Positions 20,601-29,431 of a stretch of 59,022 nt of DNA are shown piece after piece (the stretch's first letter is position 1; each line of letters starts with the position of its first letter). This DNA comes from Crocinitomicaceae bacterium (lineage in GTDB: Bacteria > Bacteroidota > Bacteroidia > Flavobacteriales_D > Parvicellaceae). Under the pieces are notes generated by a model. The model worked only from the letters and a program-made list of their open reading frames with translations. It was not told where the DNA came from and did no database searches. The DNA lies in contig JABJPZ010000240.1 of NCBI GenBank assembly GCA_018663635.1, forward strand, positions 1 through 59,022, given 5' to 3'. The position numbers and the translations under genes were made by a program.

Positions 20601-22098
20601 AGAAGGTATTGTTAGCAGCGAAGTACTTCACATTATATTTGCGGGCAAAACCGATTAAAATTTCATTTACTTGTTTTTCTTCTTCCAAATCGTGCCTAAG
20701 CAATTCCACATAAAAATCCTCGCCAAACTCATGCAGCCACCATTTAAATGCTTCTTCAGCTTGTTCTTTGCCCACATTCAATATTAGATCCGAGATTTCT
20801 CCCCGAAGCCCACCCGTTGTTACAATTAAATCCGTTTTGAGTTCTTTTAGAATCTTTTTATCTACCCGCGGCACGTAGTAAAAGCCCTCGACGTATCCGA
20901 GTGAAGATAGTTTTGCAAGGTTTTTATAACCATTCTTATTTTTTGCTAAAAAAACTACTTGACTACCATTGTCCTTGTATGTTCGATCAAATCGATCTTT
21001 GCATACATTCAACTCGCAACCTATGATAGGCTTGATTTTTTTTCGTTCAAAAGCTTTGATCTCTAGATTTAAATCAATTTCTTCATCAGTATCTTGGCAA
21101 TGTTCAAGAGATTCTTTTATCGATTGAATTTTTTTATCAAATAGATTATTGTGCTTTTCAGCTGCGCTTACAAAATGAAATGCAGCCATCATATTCCCCG
21201 AATCCGTAAGAGCAACAGCAGGCATATTGTTGTCTACAGCCTTTTTAATCAAGGTCTTTACTTTTGTGGTTGATTGAAGTATAGAAAACTGCGTATGGTT
21301 GTGCAGATGTGAATAGCTTACATTTTTTAATTCTTCCAGATTTTGTGCCGTATCTGAATTTGAAAAGGACGCATCTACTATAGGATCAGCTGTTTTAGCT
21401 TTTATCTTAGCACTTTCTTTTTTCAGATTTAAATGCTCCAACCCTACTGGATTGAAAGCATCCACATTCTTTTGCTGAAACAATCCAAGATATGTTGTAT
21501 CAGCGTCTAATTCCTCCGTCGAAAAGTGATTTCTGCGTATTAACTCAAGAAAACATCTCGAGGTCGCTTCAACATCGGCTGTAGCATTGTGTGCTTCGCC
21601 AAAAGGTTCTTGGAATAAAAAATCATGCAGTTCGGTTAAACTTGGTAATTTAAATTTACCTCCTCTACCACCTGGAATTCTACATAATTTTGCACTTGAT
21701 TCTGTACAAGTATCTAACACCGGAAGCGCACTGAGCTTTGAATCAATGCCTAAGCGATAAAACTCACATCCCATTACATTAATATCAAAACGTAGGTTCT
21801 GACCAACAATGAATTTAGCATCATTTAAAGCCTGCTTAAACAATTCAAGTCCCTCTCTCAAAGGGATACCTTTTTCTTGTGCTAATTCAGTAGAAATACC
21901 ATGTATTTCTTCTGATTTATAAGGGATTGAAAAACCATCAGGCGAAATAAGAAAATCCTTGTGACTAATCAGGTTACCCCAATCATCGTGCATCTGCCAC
22001 GCCAACTGAACCAATCTCGGCCAATTATCTGTGTCACTAACGGGTGCCTTAAAATTTTTTGGCAGCCCTGTTGTTTCCGTATCAAATATTAAATACAA
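17656..22098 (-). CDS. dnaE: DNA polymerase III alpha subunit (DnaE) with an N-terminal fused DEDDh 3'-5' exonuclease domain
   Basis: 1480 aa. Residues 1-190 carry Exo I FDTETTG, Exo II GQNLRFD and Exo III HNATADVEAT. The PHP domain (HLHNHTQFS) starts near residue 262, followed by the full DnaE core (GPGRGSAAGS, PDIDIDF) and a C-terminal OB region. TTG is the only possible start because a TAA lies 2 codons upstream. Confidence 0.93.
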   Translation of the reverse strand: MYLIFDTETTGLPKNFKAPVSDTDNWPRLVQLAWQMHDDWGNLISHKDFLISPDGFSIPYKSEEIHGISTELAQEKGIPLREGLELFKQALNDAKFIVGQNLRFDINVMGCEFYRLGIDSKLSALPVLDTCTESSAKLCRIPGGRGGKFKLPSLTELHDFLFQEPFGEAHNATADVEATSRCFLELIRRNHFSTEELDADTTYLGLFQQKNVDAFNPVGLEHLNLKKESAKIKAKTADPIVDASFSNSDTAQNLEELKNVSYSHLHNHTQFSILQSTTKVKTLIKKAVDNNMPAVALTDSGNMMAAFHFVSAAEKHNNLFDKKIQSIKESLEHCQDTDEEIDLNLEIKAFERKKIKPIIGCELNVCKDRFDRTYKDNGSQVVFLAKNKNGYKNLAKLSSLGYVEGFYYVPRVDKKILKELKTDLIVTTGGLRGEISDLILNVGKEQAEEAFKWWLHEFGEDFYVELLRHDLEEEKQVNEILIGFARKYNVKYFAANNTFYPEKKEAYAHDILLCVKDGEKKETPKGKGRGFRYGFPNDQFYFKSQDEMKTLFKELPDAIRNIEEIIDKCEQYSLASDVLLPEFDIPEQFLHAEDKEDNGKRGENAYLRDLTYKGAVRRYGDISPEITERLDFELSVIANTGYPGYFLIVQDFIAEARRMGVSVGPGRGSAAGSAVAYCTGITNIDPIKYDLLFERFLNPDRVSMPDIDIDFDDEGRGKVIQYVIDKYGSSQVAQIITYGTMAAKSSIRDTGRVLDLPLPDTDRLAKLVPDIKLGKLFGLEEDKLKEELNAEQLINANQLKQISNGSGLEANVVNQARVLEGSIRNVGIHACGVIITPSDIREYVPVAISKDANLWCTQFDNSVVENAGLLKMDFLGLKTLTLIKDTLKIIKARDGKTIDIEAIPMDDSKTYELFQRGETVGIFQYESPGMQKHLKSLKPTVFADLIAMNALYRPGPLEYIPSFIKRKHGLEEIVYDIDACKEYLEETYGITVYQEQVMLLSQSLAGFTKGEADTLRKAMGKKKFDLLAKLKPKFLDQGNDRGHDKKALEKIWTDWEAFASYAFNKSHSTCYAWIAYQTAYLKANFPAAYMASVLSNNMSDIKTVSAFMEECKRMGLAVLGPDVNESYYKFAVNKDGAVRFGLGAIKNVGENAVKAITEERKANGLYQSLFDLVQRVDMKAANKRAFEGMALGGGFDSFNAFHRAQFLVQDEQGINFIERVMRFGAAVQNKKDAPPDLFGDKIEVMVAEPSPMHVEPWSAMEKLSREKEVIGIYISGHPLDDFELELTNLCRGTLMHLNNDLQKIANQEMLIAGIVVGSEHRMTKKGKPFGTLEVEDKTDNYKFFLWGEDYLKLKHFLVDGSLLMVKGKVQKRNWAKDEKDLEFKIHGLELLSEARQKMTKTFNVRLDSNEVSIDFVEKLHQIIEEHPGSCALRLILVDNLDKIEVKIPSRMRGIEISNEFLKKINELGEMHYYLNDRMTR

Positions 22099-22253
22099 TT
22101 CTTATAACTATTTTAAATAAAATTAAGGGATAAATGCAAATTACAACTGAATCTGACTAGTAAGATATTCACAAGTTGACAATATTCTCATGAAATTTCT
22201 CTCTCTACTAAAAATTAAAATTCATTTCAAGATTTTATGCCATCTTTAAGGCT

Positions 22254-24497
22254 ATGAAATACCTGATTCATCTGGCAATTATGGCCATAATAATATCGTG
22301 CACAGGCAGAAAAGAAAAGGTGGAAATGATCGAAACGGTTTCTATCATTCCAATCCCTGATTCATTTACATATTCTACTAACTCATTTGTTCTTAATCCA
22401 GCTACTAAAATTTATTCACCTAAGGAAAACAAAGTCGAAGCAGAATTCCTTCAAATGTTAATTAAAAATGAATTTGATTTTACTGTTTCTATTCAGTCAT
22501 CAGAATGTGAATCAAATTGCATAAAATTAACAACTAGCAATTTACCAGATAGTAGCTATCATGGCGCTGAAGCTTATCATTTAATTATTGAACCCAATCA
22601 AATTACAATAAATGGTCAATCTAATGAAGGGCTTTTCTGGGGAATTCAATCGTTGAATCAAGTTTTTAATCAGACCGACCATCAAGATGGATATGCGGCA
22701 CGAATACAAGGTCTGAATATATTGGACCAACCCAAATTCAAACACCGCGGTTTGCTTTTAGATTGTTGCAGACACTTTTTCTCTAAAGAGGTTATTAAAA
22801 AGTATATTAAGCTATTGTCTTATTACAAAATGAATATACTACACTGGCATTTGACTGAAGACCAGGGGTGGCGAATTGAAATTGAAAAATATCCTGAATT
22901 GACAGAACACGGAGCCTGGAGAATAGAAAGTGATGGAAGCAAGTACGGTGGATTTTACACAAAAAAGGACATTCAAGAAATCGTTGCCTTTGCATCAGAG
23001 CACCAAGTCACCATAATTCCAGAGATTGAACTTCCTGGCCATTCACAATCAGCCATTTCATCCTACCCTTATTTGTCTTGTGAACAGAAAAAAGTCTCAG
23101 TAGCTAACGACTGGGGTGTATTTAAAGAAATTTATTGCGCTGGGAACGATTCTACTTTTGATTTTATTGAAAATGTATTGAAAGAAGTTATGGAATTATT
23201 TCCTTCCGAATACATACATATTGGTGGTGACGAAGCGCCTAAGTATAGATGGGAAAAATGTAGTAAATGTCAAAAAAGAATGGTCTCTGAAAACTTGAAT
23301 GACGAACACGAATTACAAAGTTATTTCATTCGAAGAATTGAAACATTTTTAAACGCGCACAACAAAAAACTAATTGGCTGGGATGAAATTTTGGAAGGTG
23401 GATTATCTCCAAATGCGACGGTTCAAAGTTGGAGAGGAATCGAAGGTGGAATGCATGCTGCGGAAAATGAACATTATGCAATTATGAGCCCCACTTCTCA
23501 TTGTTATATCGACTATCCTTTAGATGCGATTGATCTGAAGAAAGTTTATTCGTTCAACCCAATTCCCGATTCACTTTCAAAAGACAAACAACATTACATC
23601 TTAGGTGGCGAAGTCAATATGTGGACAGAGCACGTGCCAGACGAAAAGAACCTGGACAATAAAGTGTTTCCAAGAATGCTAGCCTTGTCTGAAGTTTTGT
23701 GGTCAGGAACAGACACCTCACGCTACAAAAATTTTAGAAACAGGGTATACAATCATTTTCACGTTCTGGATTCCCTAGGAGTTTCTTATGGTGCCGAAGC
23801 TATTCCCATTACCTTGATTACTACTGGTGATTCAACATATATCACTAAAAACAATAGAGGTATTGATTTGCAATACCAAGTTGAAATGGAGGATTGTACT
23901 ATGAAATTTCAGCAATATGAAAGCCCTGTTTATACGAATAAGGATTGTATTCTAAAGGCCAGGGCGGTAAAAAATCAGATGCCTTATGGCGAAACAATTG
24001 AACAACAGTTTTGCGAAAAAGCTAAAAGTGTCAAATCCATATCGTATCGTACCATGTATAGCGAAAACTATGTTGGTGGCGGAAATTACGGTTTACTAGA
24101 TGGGAAATTAGGATCATTAAATTTTCGAGATGGCAATTGGCAGGGATTTTGGGGCAAACACGCAGAAGTTACTATTGAGTTTGAAAACCAGCAGCTCATC
24201 AATCAAATATCTGCTCAATTCTACCACTACATTAATTCTTGGATTTTTCGACCAGAAAGCGTGGAAGTATTTACCTCTGAAAACGGAATAAATTGGATTT
24301 CAAAGGGAAACACAAGAACGGAAATTCAGAAAAAAACGAGAGGAAAAATGATTGTACCAATGACGATAAATTTTAAAAACCCGTTACATGTGAAATATAT
24401 AAAAATGAAAGCTCAAAATATATTGCAGGTACCTGGATGGCATGAAGCCGCCGGAGCGGACGCATGGCTTTTTATTGATGAAATTAAAATCCGATGA
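22254..24497 (+). CDS. beta-N-acetylhexosaminidase (GH20) with a C-terminal discoidin/F5_8-type-C-like domain
   Basis: 747 aa. Contains HWHLTEDQGWRIEI and HIGGDE (the catalytic D-E pair of GH20). An N-terminal lipoprotein-like signal is present. Confidence 0.88.
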   Translation: MKYLIHLAIMAIIISCTGRKEKVEMIETVSIIPIPDSFTYSTNSFVLNPATKIYSPKENKVEAEFLQMLIKNEFDFTVSIQSSECESNCIKLTTSNLPDSSYHGAEAYHLIIEPNQITINGQSNEGLFWGIQSLNQVFNQTDHQDGYAARIQGLNILDQPKFKHRGLLLDCCRHFFSKEVIKKYIKLLSYYKMNILHWHLTEDQGWRIEIEKYPELTEHGAWRIESDGSKYGGFYTKKDIQEIVAFASEHQVTIIPEIELPGHSQSAISSYPYLSCEQKKVSVANDWGVFKEIYCAGNDSTFDFIENVLKEVMELFPSEYIHIGGDEAPKYRWEKCSKCQKRMVSENLNDEHELQSYFIRRIETFLNAHNKKLIGWDEILEGGLSPNATVQSWRGIEGGMHAAENEHYAIMSPTSHCYIDYPLDAIDLKKVYSFNPIPDSLSKDKQHYILGGEVNMWTEHVPDEKNLDNKVFPRMLALSEVLWSGTDTSRYKNFRNRVYNHFHVLDSLGVSYGAEAIPITLITTGDSTYITKNNRGIDLQYQVEMEDCTMKFQQYESPVYTNKDCILKARAVKNQMPYGETIEQQFCEKAKSVKSISYRTMYSENYVGGGNYGLLDGKLGSLNFRDGNWQGFWGKHAEVTIEFENQQLINQISAQFYHYINSWIFRPESVEVFTSENGINWISKGNTRTEIQKKTRGKMIVPMTINFKNPLHVKYIKMKAQNILQVPGWHEAAGADAWLFIDEIKIR

Positions 24498-25189
24498 AAA
24501 CGGAAGTTTGCATAGAATCTTTTGGAGAAGCTTTGGTAGCACAAAGCCACGGCATTAATCGTATTGAGTTGTGTGCGGCACTGGACATTGGTGGCTTAAC
24601 ACCAAGCATCGGTTTAATTGAAAAATGTGCTAATGAACTAGAAATAGAAACACACGTGATGATTCGACCAAGAGGGGGAAACTTTGTTTATTCGGCGGCT
24701 GAGCTTGAAGTAATGCTTAAAGACATTGAATTAGCTGCTAAGGCAGGGGTAAATGGCGTGGTTATAGGAGCACTAACGGATTCTCATCTATTGAACCGAA
24801 GACAAATCGTAAAAATGATTGAAATTGCACATCATTTTAAAATTGAAACTACCTTTCATAGAGCTTTTGATATTCCTGTCGATTCCTTCGAGCTTATTGA
24901 ACAACTTATTGAGCTTAAACTAAATCGTATTCTCACTTCAGGCTGTGCTACGGCTGTTTATAATGGCATGGCAACTATTTCTAGCTTAGTCAAAAAAGCC
25001 GCTTGTAGAATAGAAGTGATGGCTGGGAGTGGCGTGAATGCTTCTAACGCTTTTCAATTAAAAAATATACCTGTAGACGCCATTCATTTTTCAATTAGGA
25101 AACCAGTATCTTCAAATGAACAAATGGGCACCACCTATGAAATTGATAATCAAAAAATAACTTCAATTCTTGCTTCAATTACTGATTAA
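24494..25189 (+). CDS. cutC: CutC family protein (TIM barrel, historically called copper homeostasis protein)
   Basis: 231 aa. EVCIESFGEALVAQSHGINRIELCAALDIGGLTPS is the typical CutC N-terminus. It has an ATGA start/stop overlap with the GH20 gene. Confidence 0.88.
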   Translation: MKTEVCIESFGEALVAQSHGINRIELCAALDIGGLTPSIGLIEKCANELEIETHVMIRPRGGNFVYSAAELEVMLKDIELAAKAGVNGVVIGALTDSHLLNRRQIVKMIEIAHHFKIETTFHRAFDIPVDSFELIEQLIELKLNRILTSGCATAVYNGMATISSLVKKAACRIEVMAGSGVNASNAFQLKNIPVDAIHFSIRKPVSSNEQMGTTYEIDNQKITSILASITD

Positions 25190-27455
25190 ATATTTCATCT
25201 TTTTGACATCAGCACTGCTCTGTTTTCAAATTAATCTGGCTCAAAACAATTCTAAAACGGATAGAATTATTGATGCTGGCTGGAAATTTCAGTCTCAATC
25301 TGAATTGAAATTGAGACCTGCATCCGTTCCTGGATGTGTGCACCTTGACCTCCTCAATAATCAGGTAATCAATGACCCTTTTTATGAAACCAATGAAGAA
25401 AAGCAAGCTTGGATTGAAATGGAAAATTGGGAATACCTCAATACCTTTTCAATTAGTCCTAAAGAATTTAAAAACGAGCACATCGAATTACAATTTGATG
25501 GGCTAGACACCGAAGCCGACGTTTACCTCAATGATTCATTAATTATTGACGCAAACAATATGTTCAGAACCTGGAAATTAGATGTGAAATCGTTATTGAA
25601 ATTAGGAGAAAACAATCTTCTTGTACGTTTTTTCTCTCCTGTCAAAGCCTGTTCCAAAAAGCTGAAAGGTTATCCGCATCAGCTTCCGGCTGGTTGTGAA
25701 AATGTTAAAGTAAAAGTAAGCCCATTTATTAGAAAAGCTGCTTACCATTTTGGTTGGGACTGGGGCCCCCGTTTTGTAACCTCTGGAATTTGGAGACCGG
25801 TTCATTTAATCCTGTGGAATAATTGCCAAATTAATTCCGTGCATTGTCAAACAATAAAGCAGGATGAGGAAAAAGCCAAAGTGAAAGTATCTGTGGAATT
25901 AGCATCAACTTCTAGCAGTGGGACTATTGATTTGATGATTAATCAACAGTCAAGAAAAGTTAAGTTAAAGAAAGGTTCTATCACAATTATTGACACCTTA
26001 CATTACAGCGCTAAAGATTTTTGGTGGCCCAACGGTTCGGGTGAACAAACCTTACAAAATATCAACGTTGAAATTAGAAATGACAATTTGACTGTTGATG
26101 CTCAACAGATAAAATTCGGAGTTCGCACCATTGACTTAATTCAAAAAAAAGACAGCATCGGCACTTCATTTAGTTTTAATATAAATGGAATCCCAACTTT
26201 TATGAAAGGTGCCAACTACATTCCTCAAGATCTTTTTCTTCCAAGGGTTAGCCCTAATGACTATGAAAAACTAATTATGAAAGCAAAAAAGGCACACTTT
26301 AACATGATTAGAGTTTGGGGTGGAGGCATTTATGAATCAGATTATTTCTACGATTTATGTGACAAACATGGAATTCTAATTTGGCAAGATTTCATGTTTG
26401 CAGGAAGCATGTACCCCATTGACAAGGCGTTTACGGAAACCGTTTTAGAAGAAGTTTCGGATAACGTTATACGGTTAAGAAATCATCCATCAATAGCCAT
26501 TTGGTGCGGGAACAATGAAATAGAAGTTGCTTGGAATAATTGGGGATGGCAAAAGCAATACGGATGGGATGAGGAAGCTACTGATAAACTATGGAATAAA
26601 TATAATATGCTATTTAAATCTGCCATACCTCAATTATTGGCAATTCACGCTCCAGAAGTTCCTTACGTTTCTACTTCTCCGTTATCAAATTGGGGGCAAT
26701 CTGCCAACTTCAATCATTCCTCTATGCACTATTGGGGTGTTTGGCATGGTAAAGAGCCATTCGGTAATTTCAAAAAAAACGTTCCAAGATTTATGGTCGA
26801 ATACGGATTTCAAAGTTTTCCTGACAGCACTACGCTATCAACGGTAATTAATCCAAATAATATGTACTTAAAAAGTGACGCTATGAGTAAACGTCAAAAA
26901 AGCTACATCGGAAATAGCTTGATTACTAAACACAGTGAAGAACTGTTTGGTAAAGCAAATACATTTAGTGAATACATAATAAATAGCCAACGAACGCAGG
27001 CCAACGCATATGCCATTGCCATAAAAGCCCACCGACTGCGAAAGGGACATTGCATGGGAACACTATTTTGGCAATTTAATGATTGCTGGCAAGGCCCATC
27101 ATGGAGCGTTATTGATTACAATAAGAAAGAAAAACTTGCCTATGAAAAAGTCAAGGAATTATACCAGCCCGTAGTAGCTTTTATTGAAATTATTAATGAT
27201 TCTATTCGAGTTTCGGTTGTTTCTGATCTTTTAATAGACACTGATGTTCAGCTCAAATTAATTGGAGTTGGAAACAAATCGAACATTGATTTATGGGAAC
27301 AACAAACGCGTATTCCAGCGAATCAAATGCAAGTCGTTCTTCACGAAAAAATTGAAAAAATAAGACAATCACACATAAATTTGAATCAAATGCGAATTGA
27401 AATGAAAACAGCTGAAGGGTTTGGTTCTTCTGACCAAATTGAATTGAACCAATAA
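25170..27455 (+). CDS. glycoside hydrolase family 2, beta-mannosidase-like
   Basis: 761 aa. GANYIPQD, RVWGGGIYE and WCGNNE are GH2 beta-mannosidase motifs. It has a signal peptide, a TTG start, and a 20-nt overlap with cutC. Confidence 0.8.
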   Translation: MLQLLIKYFIFLTSALLCFQINLAQNNSKTDRIIDAGWKFQSQSELKLRPASVPGCVHLDLLNNQVINDPFYETNEEKQAWIEMENWEYLNTFSISPKEFKNEHIELQFDGLDTEADVYLNDSLIIDANNMFRTWKLDVKSLLKLGENNLLVRFFSPVKACSKKLKGYPHQLPAGCENVKVKVSPFIRKAAYHFGWDWGPRFVTSGIWRPVHLILWNNCQINSVHCQTIKQDEEKAKVKVSVELASTSSSGTIDLMINQQSRKVKLKKGSITIIDTLHYSAKDFWWPNGSGEQTLQNINVEIRNDNLTVDAQQIKFGVRTIDLIQKKDSIGTSFSFNINGIPTFMKGANYIPQDLFLPRVSPNDYEKLIMKAKKAHFNMIRVWGGGIYESDYFYDLCDKHGILIWQDFMFAGSMYPIDKAFTETVLEEVSDNVIRLRNHPSIAIWCGNNEIEVAWNNWGWQKQYGWDEEATDKLWNKYNMLFKSAIPQLLAIHAPEVPYVSTSPLSNWGQSANFNHSSMHYWGVWHGKEPFGNFKKNVPRFMVEYGFQSFPDSTTLSTVINPNNMYLKSDAMSKRQKSYIGNSLITKHSEELFGKANTFSEYIINSQRTQANAYAIAIKAHRLRKGHCMGTLFWQFNDCWQGPSWSVIDYNKKEKLAYEKVKELYQPVVAFIEIINDSIRVSVVSDLLIDTDVQLKLIGVGNKSNIDLWEQQTRIPANQMQVVLHEKIEKIRQSHINLNQMRIEMKTAEGFGSSDQIELNQ

Positions 27456-27466
27456 CTTAGAAGGTT

Positions 27467-29194
27467 CTACCTTCTTCTTCTTCCATGACCGCCATCCCGA
27501 CGACCTCCACCGCTATTTCTTCTATTATGACCTGAAGGGCCACTATTGTTTGATCGTCGTTGTCTTGAACGATCTCCACCTTTTCGTGGCCCCGCCAATT
27601 CAACTTTAACAGCATCACCATCAATTTCAGCTCCATTCATTTTCGAAAGAACAGAAGCTGCAGAATCCTTTTCAATTTCAAAAAATGAAAATTCCCGCAT
27701 GATATCTATTTCTCCAATTTGACCAGATGAAATTTTTGCGTGATCACAAATAGCTCGAACCAATGCACCAGGATTAATATTATCCATACGGCCCTTATTA
27801 ATAAAAAATCGTTGCGTGTCTCCTTTGATGTTACGCTCTCCCTTTCTAGCACCTCTTTCCGATGCTTTTCCTGCTTTCGCGTTTAAATCTTTTGAATTTT
27901 TATAATAATCTAAGAATCGATTGAATTCCATACTCAAAAATTTATGGACCAAATCTTCAATCTCCATCCCCCCTAGTTTTTCATATATGATGTCTTCATA
28001 TTTAGACATCGCTTTTTTATTGATTTCAGTAGCAACCACTTCGTCTACCAGCTTCATCAACTGTTTTTCGCAAATGTCTTCACCTTCTGGAATATTTCTC
28101 TTTTCGAATTTTTTTCCTATAATTTTTTCAATCCGATTTATTTTGCCAGATTCTCGCGTATTAATCAGCACCAAGGACTCTCCATATTTTCCAGCTCTTG
28201 CAGTTCTACCAGACCTATGCGTATAATTCTCCACCTCATCTGGTAGATTATAATTAATTACATGTGTTATGTCACTAACGTCAATACCACGTGCAGCCAC
28301 ATCAGTTGCAACCAAAATTTGAGTTACTCTCTCTCGGAATTTCCCCATCACACTATCACGCTGTTGCTGAGATAGCTCCCCATGCAATGCTTCAGCATTG
28401 TAGCCGTCTCTAATCAGATTAGAAGCAACTTGTTGGGTCTCTCTTCTTGTACGGCAAAATACCAATCCAAAAATATCTGGATTATAGTCCAAAAGTCTTT
28501 TCAAAGCATAATAACGGTCTCTTTCATTAACAATGTAATATGCATGTGTTACGTTCGCCGCACTTTCATTTTTGTTTCCAACAGAAATTTCAAGCGGCTG
28601 ATTCATGTAATTCTTTGCAATTCTAGCCACCTCTTTTGGCATTGTTGCAGAAAATAACCATGTATTTCTTTCTATTGGTGTATTCTCTAGAATTTTGTCA
28701 ATATCCTCTTTGAAACCCATATTGAGCATTTCATCGGCTTCATCAAGAACGACAGTATTAACATCTTTAATTTTCACCAAACGCCTTCCAATCATATCAA
28801 TCAACCGACCTGGAGTCGCAACAACAATGTGGGTGCCCTTTTTAATATCCTTCGCTTGCCTATCAATACTGGCACCGCCATAAATAGCTGTGATTCTAAG
28901 GTTCTTATATTTCGCATATTTTCGAATGTCCTCTGTAATCTGCATGCAAAGCTCCCTTGTGGGGCAAATCACGAGTCCCTGCACTGAACGTACGTCAAGA
29001 TCTACTCGTTCGATCATAGGGATTCCAAAGGCCGCCGTTTTACCGGTTCCCGTTTGGGCTAATCCAACTAAATCAGCACCTTCATCCAATAAATTGGGAA
29101 TTGCTTTTTCTTGAATTGGTGTAGGACTTTCGAATCCTAACTCACTTAAGGCCTGTAGCACCTCGCTGCTCAAACCTAATTCACTAAATGTCAT
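27467..29194 (-). CDS. deaD: DEAD-box ATP-dependent RNA helicase (DeaD/CsdA-like) with a DbpA-type RNA-binding domain and an Arg/Gly-rich tail
   Basis: 575 aa. Motifs present are the Q motif, AQTGTGKT, DEAD, SAT and HRSGRTAR. The C-terminus reads ...GGGRRDGGHGRRRR. Confidence 0.85.
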   Translation of the reverse strand: MTFSELGLSSEVLQALSELGFESPTPIQEKAIPNLLDEGADLVGLAQTGTGKTAAFGIPMIERVDLDVRSVQGLVICPTRELCMQITEDIRKYAKYKNLRITAIYGGASIDRQAKDIKKGTHIVVATPGRLIDMIGRRLVKIKDVNTVVLDEADEMLNMGFKEDIDKILENTPIERNTWLFSATMPKEVARIAKNYMNQPLEISVGNKNESAANVTHAYYIVNERDRYYALKRLLDYNPDIFGLVFCRTRRETQQVASNLIRDGYNAEALHGELSQQQRDSVMGKFRERVTQILVATDVAARGIDVSDITHVINYNLPDEVENYTHRSGRTARAGKYGESLVLINTRESGKINRIEKIIGKKFEKRNIPEGEDICEKQLMKLVDEVVATEINKKAMSKYEDIIYEKLGGMEIEDLVHKFLSMEFNRFLDYYKNSKDLNAKAGKASERGARKGERNIKGDTQRFFINKGRMDNINPGALVRAICDHAKISSGQIGEIDIMREFSFFEIEKDSAASVLSKMNGAEIDGDAVKVELAGPRKGGDRSRQRRSNNSGPSGHNRRNSGGGRRDGGHGRRRR

Positions 29195-29236
29195 CTCTTT
29201 CTATTTAAACTGTCGTTCGGACTTTGACAGCGGCTG

Positions 29237-29244
29237 CAAAGGTA
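29237..29244 (-). promoter_or_regulatory. candidate -7 box (TACCTTTG) for the DEAD-box helicase gene
   Basis: The minus strand reads TACCTTTGCAGCC, 43 nt upstream of the ATG. It matches TAnnTTTG. Confidence 0.35.
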
Positions 29245-29431
29245 GTTCAATTAATTTAACTTAATTAACACGCGCCATGTTTGATTAATATCAAACTGGT
29301 AAACTTGTCACAAAAATTATCAGATTCAAAATCAAATAATCTAATAATTAATTACTTTGGCACTAGATTTTTCGATTGTATTCATCAAAGGTTTTTAATA
29401 CTTAATTACCTAAAAAATATCTTTATTGACT

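Noticed and set aside
27459-27475. 7-bp hairpin AGAAGGT-TCT-ACCTTCT at the convergent junction of the GH2 and helicase genes
   Set aside because: The stem is short with a 3-nt loop, and it overlaps the helicase stop codon and coding sequence. It is too weak to call as a terminator.
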